From the IMG/VR virus record IMGVR_UViG_3300043406_000147: a DNA stretch of 22,883 nt, one strand, 5' to 3'. Positions 9,089 to 17,602 of this stretch are shown here, one piece after another. The position numbers and the translations under genes were made by a program. Each line of letters starts with the position of its first letter. The stretch's first letter is position 1. The notes below the pieces were generated by a model. The model saw nothing but the letters and a program-made list of their open reading frames with translations. It made no database searches and was not told the DNA's origin. Source of the DNA: a virus (lineage: Duplodnaviria > Heunggongvirae > Uroviricota > Caudoviricetes).

Positions 9089-9235
9089 ATGCCGCAAATA
9101 ACAAAGGAGCACTAAAAACTTAAAGATACAACTCATAACTTGATGAACAGCTCATACCCTCGATAAAGAGAGTATCTTTTAAGAGGTATGATCTCTACTT
9201 CATCTTCAATACTCACCCACCCAGAGGAGAAATCA

Positions 9236-10765
9236 ATGAAACACATGCGAATCCGCATCTATTCACATCACTTTGTGGTGGATCAACTCAGCTACCATGG
9301 CAAAAATGCATGCATTGCCATGAAAAACACGACCGTCCAATGGGGGATGGTCCCTGAACGCGGGGGGATGGTTAGAAAACCACTGCGTGAATTCTGTACG
9401 ACAAATGAGCCAAAGACTGAGTGGAGATTTCACATCAACCACTTGGAGAAATTCAAGACAATTCTGCTGAAGTTCAGCATACATGAAAACCTGATCGATG
9501 TCGCCAAGGTGGAGTTGTACACACCTACAAAGACAGAGCTGGTTATACGTGACGGATGGGTGTCACATGACTATCAAATCCCCATCATTGAGTATTTGAT
9601 TCGAGAAGTCCCCCTGAATAAGTTCTTGTCTCTACAGACAGGCAAGGGAAAGTCGTATTGCGCCGCAAGGGCAGTATCGATGCTAGGAACTCGATTTGTT
9701 GTTCTTGTTCGTTCAGGTTACGTCTCTAAGTGGGTGGAGGATCTGGAGCGGATGTTCTGGTTTGGTCGAAAAGAAATGACGATCATTCAAGGCAGTGATG
9801 CTCTCAAGAAGGCCCTCAAGAGCGCCCAGGAGCCTGGTTACGACATGAAGTGTGTGGTGCTGTCGATTGACACTTACAAGGGCTTTGTGAAGCTCTATGA
9901 GCAGTTTGGCAGCAAGGTATTAGGACTTGGGTACGCATGTCTTCCGCATGAAATCTATCAGCACTTCGGTGCAGGCGTGCGCATCATCGATGAGGTGCAT
10001 CAGCACTTCCACGCGTGCTTCAAGGCAGATCTCTACACCCATGTACCCAGTGCAATTGGTTTGTCAGCGACGTTGTTCAATCGCGACCCGACACTGGCAG
10101 AAATGTACAGGACGATGTACCCTGTGCAAGATCGCTACAAGTCACCCGAGCTTGACAAGTATGCACTGGTGAAAGCTGTGCTCTACAACTTCCGAAACCC
10201 TGAATTGATTCGAACCAGTGAGTTTGGATCAAACATGTTCTCAAACAACGCAGTGGAGCAGTCCATTCTGCGCAGACCGTGGGTGCTTCGGAATTACTTG
10301 GAACTCATCAATCATTGCGTGACTGATCCGAACGGCGGATACCTCAGTGTAAAACGTGAGAAGAAGAAGCTATTGATCTTGGCGTATCGCGCCGACATGA
10401 TCGAGAAGATCGTGGCTTTCTTAAAGAGCATCTATCCTACACTGGACATTCGCAGCTATGTGGGTGATAGCGAATGGGAAAACCTGATCGAGCCTGATAT
10501 CACCGTGTCCACGTACGGTAGCTCAGGAACTGCGGTGGACATTCCAAATCTGACCAACCTGATCTTGACACTGAACATACAGTCAGATCAGGCAAACGTG
10601 CAAATACTGGGTCGATTAAGAAAGATGCCAGATCACGATGTGCTTATGCACTACCTTGTTGCGGAAAACATGGCTACAAGCATGAAGTACCATAAGGCAA
10701 AGGTAGCGCTATTCGAAGAACGTGTCAAATCCCAGAAGACTTTGAACTCCGGGATCTACGTTTAA
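9236..10765 (+). CDS. Superfamily 2 (DExH) helicase, phiKZ gp75/UvsW-like
   Basis: Walker A 'LQTGKGKS', motif II 'DEVH', motif III 'GLSAT', motif V 'STYGSSGTAVDIPNL', motif VI 'QILGRLR'. SD GAGGAG 6 nt before ATG 9236; alternative ATG 9188. Confidence 0.9.
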   Translation: MKHMRIRIYSHHFVVDQLSYHGKNACIAMKNTTVQWGMVPERGGMVRKPLREFCTTNEPKTEWRFHINHLEKFKTILLKFSIHENLIDVAKVELYTPTKTELVIRDGWVSHDYQIPIIEYLIREVPLNKFLSLQTGKGKSYCAARAVSMLGTRFVVLVRSGYVSKWVEDLERMFWFGRKEMTIIQGSDALKKALKSAQEPGYDMKCVVLSIDTYKGFVKLYEQFGSKVLGLGYACLPHEIYQHFGAGVRIIDEVHQHFHACFKADLYTHVPSAIGLSATLFNRDPTLAEMYRTMYPVQDRYKSPELDKYALVKAVLYNFRNPELIRTSEFGSNMFSNNAVEQSILRRPWVLRNYLELINHCVTDPNGGYLSVKREKKKLLILAYRADMIEKIVAFLKSIYPTLDIRSYVGDSEWENLIEPDITVSTYGSSGTAVDIPNLTNLILTLNIQSDQANVQILGRLRKMPDHDVLMHYLVAENMATSMKYHKAKVALFEERVKSQKTLNSGIYV

Positions 10766-10807
10766 TTCGATTGCAAAAAGGATGTTCTCACCTTTGGGAC
10801 GGGTGGC

Positions 10808-11137
10808 ATGGGCAACCATGCCACGTTCGTGCTCAAAGGCACGACCCCGCGCAATCGCGCCCTGCTCCGTGAAGGGCTGACGCGGCCTGAGGCGGAAATG
10901 CTGTTCACTGTACAAGCGCAGTACAAGCACGAGCTGATCGCAGTGATCTGCGAAGTGCTGAACGATCAAGGCGCCACTGCCGCAATGGCAGCGCACCCCG
11001 GCGTGTACGGCGCGGGTTCGGGTCGCAGCCAGTGGCGCGCTGCGTGGGGAGACGTGATCCCCGCCAGTGTGACAGAGCTGAGTGCGCCGCGTGAAGCAGC
11101 GATGGCCATCATCATCAAGGAACTGCAAAACACATAA
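10808..11137 (+). CDS. Hypothetical protein (109 aa)
   Basis: GC-rich, C/G-ending codon bias. Fills the space between the helicase stop and a strong terminator. No recognisable motif. Confidence 0.65.
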   Translation: MGNHATFVLKGTTPRNRALLREGLTRPEAEMLFTVQAQYKHELIAVICEVLNDQGATAAMAAHPGVYGAGSGRSQWRAAWGDVIPASVTELSAPREAAMAIIIKELQNT

Positions 11138-11143
11138 GCGTAG

Positions 11144-11200
11144 TAGGTGGTCGTCGGGCTTTCGGGCTCGACGACCACCTATGCCGTACGTTTCTTTTTT
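11144..11200 (+). terminator. Intrinsic terminator-like hairpin with TTCG loop
   Basis: TAGGTGGTCGTCG (11144-11156) pairs with CGACGACCACCTA (11169-11181), extended to a TTCG tetraloop. TTTCTTTTTT follows at 11191-11200. Confidence 0.85.
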
Positions 11201-11285
11201 CTCAATTCCAGATATTTACAATCACATATAACCAATGCGAGACAAAGACAATAAAGTCTACGTCAAAAGCTTTTAGGAGGCTTAT
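11201..11285 (+). promoter_or_regulatory. AT-rich candidate phage (early-type) promoter/leader with strong SD
   Basis: AT-rich 'AGATATTTACAATCACATATAACC' right after a terminator, so the downstream operon needs its own promoter. SD TAGGAGG at 11274-11280. TTTACA-TATAAC spacing (6 nt) does not fit sigma70. Confidence 0.45.
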
Positions 11286-11747
11286 ATGCTGACCATGGAA
11301 CAAATCAAGGGCATGACACATGTCCCAGTTTACTTCGCCCGAATGATGCCTCAGGCAGCAGCTGTGTGCTGCCTGATTCAAGGCTCGTTGATCGAGCAGT
11401 CGCCCCCGGAAGTCCGGGAGATGTTCATCACCTACCCTACCGTCGATGAAATTGCAGTCGTCGTCGACTATGAGAGTCTAAAGAACCTCACCGCTGATGA
11501 AGCATGGGCGGCCATGCAGCATGAAACCGCGCACTACGTGCTCGGACATATTGAGGCCAACCTGGCCGCAGGTGCTGGGAACGAAATCGTTATCTGTGAG
11601 GATAACGAATTCGCAGCAGATGCTTACGCTGCACAAAAGGTCAGTGCTGCCGCGATGCGGTCGGCGCTTGAGAAAATGGCAGCACTCCTAGGCGAGTCCG
11701 TCGAACAGAACGACCTGCTGGCTGAGCGCCTGAGGAGACTGGCGTGA
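11286..11747 (+). CDS. Zincin metallopeptidase, M48/M56-like (HExxH)
   Basis: 'AMQHETAHYVLGH' (HExxH...GH) plus the downstream third-ligand motif 'NEFAADAYA' (E-x-x-A-D). Strong SD. Confidence 0.75.
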   Translation: MLTMEQIKGMTHVPVYFARMMPQAAAVCCLIQGSLIEQSPPEVREMFITYPTVDEIAVVVDYESLKNLTADEAWAAMQHETAHYVLGHIEANLAAGAGNEIVICEDNEFAADAYAAQKVSAAAMRSALEKMAALLGESVEQNDLLAERLRRLA

Positions 11748-11866
11748 GGAGAAGGATCGCACTAACGCTGGTGCAGAAGCGTGCATCAGCGATGGACCGG
11801 CTGGCGGAGAACTTGCTTCTCTTGCTAGTAATTGTCTATTTCATCAACCACTGGACAACACCATGA
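11744..11866 (+). CDS. Small hydrophobic protein (40 aa), not in ORF track
   Basis: SD GAGGAG (11732-11737) 6 nt before GTG 11744. GTGA overlap with the upstream stop and ATGA overlap with the downstream start. Translation MRRRIALTLVQKRASAMDRLAENLLLLLVIVYFINHWTTP. Confidence 0.6.
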   Translation: MRRRIALTLVQKRASAMDRLAENLLLLLVIVYFINHWTTP

Positions 11867-12084
11867 CTTCGATCGAGATAAAGGACGCGATCATCGCTGA
11901 TCTGCGCGCACTGGCGATCAGTTCTGGCTCACTCCCAGAGCTGGCTTATATCAGCGTGCGGGCCGTGATGGCCAGCAAGAACCCTCAGTGGACAACTGAG
12001 GACAGTGCGGAAATCTCCGCACTGATCATCGAGATCAGCGAGAAACTGATCTCCTCCGGAGAGGTGATTCAACGTGGCGTTTGA
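11863..12084 (+). CDS. Hypothetical protein (73 aa)
   Basis: ATGA-coupled to the preceding small ORF. Amphipathic helical sequence with host-like codon use. Confidence 0.7.
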   Translation: MTSIEIKDAIIADLRALAISSGSLPELAYISVRAVMASKNPQWTTEDSAEISALIIEISEKLISSGEVIQRGV

Positions 12085-12316
12085 TCATTTCACCGAGGCC
12101 GAGAGGGTGATTGCCATTTTGCGCGGCCCTGTCACCGATGAGGCGGCGCATGACACTCTTGTCAGCGCACACAGCACATACACCCATGTGCTGCAGAAGA
12201 CAAACCTGCTCGAACGAGCAGGCAGCGCTGACCCCAGCCTGCCGGCGCTGATCGATCTTCGTCGGAGCTTGTACATGGAGATGTCCATGTTCCAGCAGCG
12301 ACACCCGAACGCCTGA
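12074..12316 (+). CDS. Hypothetical protein (80 aa)
   Basis: SD GAGGTGA at 12061-12067, 6 nt before GTG 12074. Overlaps the upstream gene by 11 nt and ends at a terminator. Confidence 0.7.
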   Translation: MAFDHFTEAERVIAILRGPVTDEAAHDTLVSAHSTYTHVLQKTNLLERAGSADPSLPALIDLRRSLYMEMSMFQQRHPNA

Positions 12317-12330
12317 TTTGAATCAGGCGT
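12309..12330. repeat. 22-bp palindrome ACGCCTGATT-TG-AATCAGGCGT
   Basis: Perfect 10-bp arms with a 2-nt spacer, overlapping the TGA stop at 12314-12316. Confidence 0.7.
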
Positions 12331-12331
12331 C

Positions 12332-12364
12332 AAAAAAGCCGCCCTTTCGAGCGGCTTTTTTTTT
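12332..12364. terminator. Canonical bidirectional rho-independent terminator
   Basis: AAAAAAGCCGC-CCTTTCGA-GCGGC followed by 9 T, between convergent genes. Confidence 0.9.
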
Positions 12365-12366
12365 CG

Positions 12367-14853
12367 TTACGTGATGGTAACGTGCTCGTTAAATCCCCTC
12401 ACCTGTGCGGTGTCCGGTGCACATAAAGTCACGAGCTGAGCATTCAGAGCGTTGTATTGGTGTTTATCATGAGAGACCATGAAGATCTGATCAAACGATT
12501 TTTGCTCAATCAGTAGCTTGAGAAGAACGGTCAAGGCGTCCTTATGTTCCTCATCGAAAGCACTGCCGATCTCGTCCAGAATGAGAGCGTTCTTAGATGC
12601 ACCCAGATAACTCATGGCTGTCACTAAGAATGCCATGTCAATGATTTCTTTCTGGCCTTCTGAAGTCTTTGAGACATCCGGACGAGGCTTCTTTGTATCA
12701 CCCTTGATGACCACAGGGAAGAGGTAATCCAAGTCGATTTCTTCGCCTGCAAGCATGCACGGCTGGATCGCCATTTCGTACGTCCATGTTTTTCGGATAA
12801 TGGCATTCATTTTTTTGACGAATGTCTTGATAAATCCAAACAAGCCCTCTGCAATCAGACCTTCGTTGGGTGAGAGGACTTTGGATAAAGCACTGAATGC
12901 TTGCTCTTCTTTTTCCAACTCTGCGATTTGGTCAGACAGCATTTGGATCACAGCTTTCTGTGACCTAGATTGGCTCAGCAAGTGCTCTTTGGTTGCCAGC
13001 GTGGATTGAACCGTACGCACCACATCGTTGTAGATGGTTCTACGAATAGCTTCGATGTGAGTTGTCAGTAGGTCCATTTTGGCCTGACTGAGCTGCTCTA
13101 GCCTTTGTTGTGTGTTGTCTAAAAACCTCTTTTGGGTTTGCAATTCAGCATAGTGTTGTTTGCGAATCTGCAGCATCGTGACCATTTCGATACTGGCCTG
13201 TATTTCTTGCTCTAGTGCTTCATTTGCTTTCGTAAGCGTCTTGAGGTCACCAGTGACTTGTTCCGCACTAATAACAGTTTGGAGCAACTTGCTTTTTTCT
13301 TTCTCTACCTGCTGTAGTTTTTGTAGCTGGCATTGCAAGCTCAGGTCGCGCTCAATGGCGTTGATAGCGTTGATGCCTGATTTGGGATCAGTAGCGAATA
13401 GATCAAGCCCCTGTAGATAGTCCCAGTAAGAAGTGAGCTTTGGAGCGGAGTTGATCAATTGAATATACTGTCGATAAAGACGGGCATACTCACTGCACGA
13501 TGCCTCGTATTCCTGACTCTGTTCTCTTTGGGCTTTGAGCTTTTCTATCTCGACTCTAGTCACAGCCAGGTCTCTGGTGTGATTATTCAACGCGTTTTCG
13601 TCAAACTGAAGTGAGAACTCAAAAGCACAGTTCACACACTTGATGTCTTTCTTGTGCCGATGCGCTTCGAGATGTTTGATTCTCTCTTCCAGATGGGCTT
13701 GCTTTCTGTTCGCATTCTCAATCAGAGTAGATAGCTTGGCGATTTCATTTCTGATATCGTTGAGTTTCTTACTGCTGTACTTGCCGTCTGTGTTGGTGGG
13801 GATTTCTGAATAGATATCGGCCAATGTGTTCTTTGCGGAAAGAAACACTTCTTGTGCATGTTCCGCATTCTCCCCATCGAGAGAAACGATCAGCTTGTTC
13901 GAGACAATAGTAGCCTCGAACCGAATGTTCAGAATCTCTTGTCTCAATGTTTCTGCGGTTTGTGCTTCTGCGATTTTGAGCAGGTCGATTCTTTTTTTGT
14001 TGTTGTCGTATTCTTGAGAGGCTCTGGACATCAGTGCTTGTTGAACACTGATTCTTGAGGAAAGCTTTTGCACAATTCGCGCATACTGCTCTTCACTCAG
14101 AAGAACCCATTCCCCAATACTGGCAAGCACACTTTTGTACTTTGAGTGGGTTTGCTTTATCTTGAGTTCAATCGCTTGTTTGTCTTCTTCTATGTCTGAG
14201 ACGGATCGATCCAGTGGCTTTCTTGTTTCGATCAGCACGTTAACACAAGTGTGCAGCTCTTCCACGTCACGAATGAGTGCTTGTTCTTCATCCGACTTGA
14301 GTTGTTTTTCAGTCTCAACTGTGATCTTCTTCTTCGCAGTTTTGAGAGCACCCTGCACGTCCCTCAGTCGTTCACGCACACGGTTATAAACACTGATGGC
14401 ATAATCGTAGTTTGTTTCACACAAAGCAACGAGCCATTCTTTTCTTCTCATTGGTTTCATTTGGTGAAACCGCTCGTTACCAATGGACAAGCTGTGAGTG
14501 TTGGCGTTGATCCCAAAGTGGGCCGTTACCAGTTCCTTTTGGATGGCCATGGTGCCCCAGTTGTTGAGGACCTTTCCGTCTACTTCAAAGTAGTATTTTG
14601 CACTGGGTGAGAATACAGCTTTGAGAACATACTGCTTTCCATTGTGGGTGTGCTCGGTGTGCTTCTCACCAGTCTTGAGGAAATCCTGCTGAGAAGGCGG
14701 CCACGAGGTGAGCTGCTCAAGCAAGCTACTTTTACCTGCGCCGTTCTTGCCGATCAAAATAACGATGTCCGAGACGATTCGCATCTCAAACACATCGATT
14801 TCGTTCAAAGAGAATCTTGTGAAACCCTTGAGTCGAATGTAATCAAGTGACAT
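12367..14853 (-). CDS. sbcC: SbcC/Rad50-like SMC-family ATPase
   Basis: N-terminal Walker A 'GKNGAGKS', long coiled coils, central zinc hook 'CVNC', signature variant 'TSEGQKE', Walker B/D-loop 'LILDEIGSAFD', H-loop 'MVSH'. Confidence 0.92.
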   Translation of the reverse strand: MSLDYIRLKGFTRFSLNEIDVFEMRIVSDIVILIGKNGAGKSSLLEQLTSWPPSQQDFLKTGEKHTEHTHNGKQYVLKAVFSPSAKYYFEVDGKVLNNWGTMAIQKELVTAHFGINANTHSLSIGNERFHQMKPMRRKEWLVALCETNYDYAISVYNRVRERLRDVQGALKTAKKKITVETEKQLKSDEEQALIRDVEELHTCVNVLIETRKPLDRSVSDIEEDKQAIELKIKQTHSKYKSVLASIGEWVLLSEEQYARIVQKLSSRISVQQALMSRASQEYDNNKKRIDLLKIAEAQTAETLRQEILNIRFEATIVSNKLIVSLDGENAEHAQEVFLSAKNTLADIYSEIPTNTDGKYSSKKLNDIRNEIAKLSTLIENANRKQAHLEERIKHLEAHRHKKDIKCVNCAFEFSLQFDENALNNHTRDLAVTRVEIEKLKAQREQSQEYEASCSEYARLYRQYIQLINSAPKLTSYWDYLQGLDLFATDPKSGINAINAIERDLSLQCQLQKLQQVEKEKSKLLQTVISAEQVTGDLKTLTKANEALEQEIQASIEMVTMLQIRKQHYAELQTQKRFLDNTQQRLEQLSQAKMDLLTTHIEAIRRTIYNDVVRTVQSTLATKEHLLSQSRSQKAVIQMLSDQIAELEKEEQAFSALSKVLSPNEGLIAEGLFGFIKTFVKKMNAIIRKTWTYEMAIQPCMLAGEEIDLDYLFPVVIKGDTKKPRPDVSKTSEGQKEIIDMAFLVTAMSYLGASKNALILDEIGSAFDEEHKDALTVLLKLLIEQKSFDQIFMVSHDKHQYNALNAQLVTLCAPDTAQVRGFNEHVTIT

Positions 14854-14952
14854 AGTCTTCTCTTTTCGTTTTCTGATGTATGCTGGGGGCTTTTTGCCCT
14901 ACATTGGATTACACGCTTTTATCTTTTTTTGGTCAGGAGTGGTGCAGTGTTA

Positions 14953-15891
14953 ATGTCTGAATTAGGGGGGATGACCCTCTCGAAACTGCGATTTTATTCG
15001 ATTGGTGTCGTCGCTCAAAATAAGGCTCTGGGTAGTCATTTGATCGAGGTTACACCAATCGAAGAAGTTCCGTTTGCGGATGGTGAAATCACGGCTAAGC
15101 TGGAAAGGACAAACGTCGTAGGCACAGACGCAAATGGCGCCAGCTACAGCGCCAACATGACGGGGTCACTTGCGATCAGTGCAAACTGGTTGAGGCTGGC
15201 TGGTGGGAATCGCTTAACAGCTCCAGATGTGAGGCGGGGCGAGACGGTTGTGATTTATCAGTTTGGTGATACGGATAAATACTACTGGACCACGCTTCGA
15301 GATGATCACAGTTTACGGCGATTGGAGACTGCTATTTACGGCTGGAGTGGCTCTCCTGTTGAGGACACCCCTGTCGGTAAAGACACGATGTATTGGTTGG
15401 AGATTTCCACTCATCGAAAAGTCGTGCATTTTCACACGTCAAAAGCCAATGGGGAACCATTTGCATACGACATCCAACTCAACACCAAAGACGGTGCCTT
15501 GGTCATTCAGGATGACATCGGTAACTACATTCATTTGGATTCTAGGCAACGGCGTATCGAGCTGAAAAACACGGATGGCTCACACTACGACATGTTGCAA
15601 GAAAACCTGACGGTCACCATCCCTAAGAAAACAAGGTTCGTGACGACTGACTTTGTCGTGGAGGCAAGCAACACAGCTTCGATCACCGCTACGAATGCAT
15701 TCAGTGTAGCCACCAAGGTCAGCGACATCAATGCGTCTGAAGCTGCTGCGATGAAATCTAAGGACACGACTATCATTGGTTCTTCGAAACTCAGTCAGAC
15801 GGGCGACTCCGTCAGCGTCAGTGGTAGCACCATCGACGTTTCGGGTGGGGACTCTATCTCCATCATCTCTCCTGCAACGACGATCATTTAA
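14953..15891 (+). CDS. Baseplate central spike (gp5/gpV/VgrG-like: OB-fold plus beta-helix)
   Basis: N-terminal 'FYSIGVVAQNK...A.WL...NRLTAPDVRRGETVVIYQFGDTDKYYW' is OB-fold-like. The C-terminus is Ser/Thr/Ile/Val-rich with beta-helix-like periodicity. PAAR gene follows directly. Start ATG 14953 or 14971 (ORF track TTG 14929). Confidence 0.75.
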   Translation: MSELGGMTLSKLRFYSIGVVAQNKALGSHLIEVTPIEEVPFADGEITAKLERTNVVGTDANGASYSANMTGSLAISANWLRLAGGNRLTAPDVRRGETVVIYQFGDTDKYYWTTLRDDHSLRRLETAIYGWSGSPVEDTPVGKDTMYWLEISTHRKVVHFHTSKANGEPFAYDIQLNTKDGALVIQDDIGNYIHLDSRQRRIELKNTDGSHYDMLQENLTVTIPKKTRFVTTDFVVEASNTASITATNAFSVATKVSDINASEAAAMKSKDTTIIGSSKLSQTGDSVSVSGSTIDVSGGDSISIISPATTII

Positions 15892-15892
15892 A

Positions 15893-16171
15893 ATGGACAG
15901 AACTTATAAACGATTGGTGCTTCTTGGTACTAAAACTGATCATGGCGGTTGCGTGATCTCGGTCAGTTCCACATTCAAAACAGGTGGTGGTCGAGTGGCT
16001 CTGGATGGGGACCTCGCTACATGCCCTCAAAAAGGACACGGTGGGGTGGTGCAAATCATCTCTAAACGTTCTTCCAGGAACAGGGACCGCTCAATCGCTA
16101 TCACGGGAGATGTCACCACTTGTGGTGCGGTGCTGATCGACGGGGCTGGCTCCGCCAGAGTGGCTGAGTAA
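15893..16171 (+). CDS. PAAR-domain spike tip protein (92 aa)
   Basis: Starts 1 nt after the spike stop. 'LGTKTDHGG', 'ALDGDLATCPQKGHG' and 'AITGDVTTCGAVLI' are the three PAAR repeats with His/Cys metal ligands. Confidence 0.88.
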   Translation: MDRTYKRLVLLGTKTDHGGCVISVSSTFKTGGGRVALDGDLATCPQKGHGGVVQIISKRSSRNRDRSIAITGDVTTCGAVLIDGAGSARVAE

Positions 16172-16178
16172 CCACACG

Positions 16179-16211
16179 TCATAAATGGGAGGCCGGGCCT
16201 CCCATTTATGC
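16179..16211. terminator. Palindromic terminator-like element, copy 2 (identical to 4262-4294)
   Basis: TCATAAATGGGAGGCCGGGCCTCCCATTTATGC between convergent genes. No flanking U-tract here. Confidence 0.75.
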
Positions 16212-16224
16212 TGCACCAACCGAA

Positions 16225-17496
16225 TCACTCGGTCATGTCAATTCCAATTTCAAGGAAGTAACCGGCACCAAGAACCTCAGGGTCCACGCAGAAGTTATCC
16301 CCAGTGACGCTGCGCTGTGCATAAGGGTCGAGCGTTTTGTACACTTTCCGATCTCTGATCGATTCATGCACGGTCACGCTCCACTGACCATCCTCGTGTG
16401 TACTCCAGTATTCAGGCATCCTACCGACGCCAGTCACCAGGGGAAACTTCGGCTCCGTGTAAGAGACGTACATTCCTGGCATGTTGGTTCGCTTGATATA
16501 CTGTCGCGCAGTATAAGCCACCTTGGTATCCAGCACCACAAAGAACGTCTGAGGATGAGTCAGGTATTTCTTCAGGGCGTCATCACTCAACAACTCGGCG
16601 ACGGCGACTTGTGTTGGGTTTCTAATGTCCGTACTCAAGCCAAGGCTGGACATGTCGAGAAAACGATTGGATTCGAAGTACCGGTCGAGTAGTGGGTAGT
16701 TCAGGAAATCAATCTTGAACTCATCGTCGGACACACGCTTGACCAATTCCGAATCGTGCGTGTGCAAATACCCACCAATGACCAAGAAGACGGTTTTGTT
16801 CTGAAGATCACGCCCAACCTTCAAGTAACCAGAAACACTGAACGGTTCTTGAAGAGCAGTCCCAGAAATCATCTCCGGCGTCAATCGCGTCTTGCACATT
16901 GTGGGTGTGACCGGAATGTATTCGATGTCGCACACATTGGCAAAGCTGAGCAGACCAATGTTGGCTTGCTTGCTCTTTTTGACATTCCGCATGGCGTCAT
17001 GAACCACGATACCGTCACGACCGTTGGTATCGATCATGTGGTAAAATCCATTCACACTGACCATGCCTCTTTTCTTGAAGTAGTTGTAATCGGTAACAGG
17101 CAAGGCCCTGGTGAGCAGCGCATCCCCCCGGTCATCCGGATGGACATTCTCACCATAAGTGCGGTTCCATGGTTTAGCCTTGTAAGAGGCTAAACGAGCG
17201 TCACTGTAAAGGGCGGACTTCGGATGAATGACGGGTCGCGTCAGTGAAGTTATCAGAGCGGTGTCACCGTTATCAATCAGCATGTCGGAGAGGTGTCCTT
17301 CAAACTGACTGTACCGGCTCGCCAATTGCGAAAGCTCTGCGTACTCGTTTGGAGAATCTCCAGTTTGAACGACAGTTAAGATGACTTTCCTATAGTCTTG
17401 AAACAAATCCTTGACTTTTTCAGTCAAGTGGTTCACGGTAATCCAGCGCTGATTGATGCCTTTTTTGATACCGATAGCAGCAGTGATGTGATACAT
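16225..17496 (-). CDS. Conserved jumbo-phage protein, probable virion structural (tail/baseplate) protein
   Basis: 423-aa ORF with normal protein composition, embedded among tail genes. Function inferred from context only. Confidence 0.6.
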   Translation of the reverse strand: MYHITAAIGIKKGINQRWITVNHLTEKVKDLFQDYRKVILTVVQTGDSPNEYAELSQLASRYSQFEGHLSDMLIDNGDTALITSLTRPVIHPKSALYSDARLASYKAKPWNRTYGENVHPDDRGDALLTRALPVTDYNYFKKRGMVSVNGFYHMIDTNGRDGIVVHDAMRNVKKSKQANIGLLSFANVCDIEYIPVTPTMCKTRLTPEMISGTALQEPFSVSGYLKVGRDLQNKTVFLVIGGYLHTHDSELVKRVSDDEFKIDFLNYPLLDRYFESNRFLDMSSLGLSTDIRNPTQVAVAELLSDDALKKYLTHPQTFFVVLDTKVAYTARQYIKRTNMPGMYVSYTEPKFPLVTGVGRMPEYWSTHEDGQWSVTVHESIRDRKVYKTLDPYAQRSVTGDNFCVDPEVLGAGYFLEIGIDMTE

Positions 17497-17602
17497 GTTC
17501 AGTCTCGACGGAGTTGATGGTGTTGGAATTATCTGACCTCTTAGGGGCGATCAGCATCGCTCTACTAAGCTCAAACGATTTCACCAATAGAAGGAGCCTT
17601 TC

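Noticed and set aside
15776-15892. ORF-track upstream extension of the PAAR gene
   Set aside because: It overlaps the spike C-terminus out of frame. ATG 15893, right after the spike stop, gives a canonical 92-aa PAAR.
14929-16171. Type VI secretion system (VgrG + PAAR) interpretation
   Set aside because: No TssB/C/Hcp/membrane-complex genes are present. The context is a jumbo myophage tail with split phage RNAPs.
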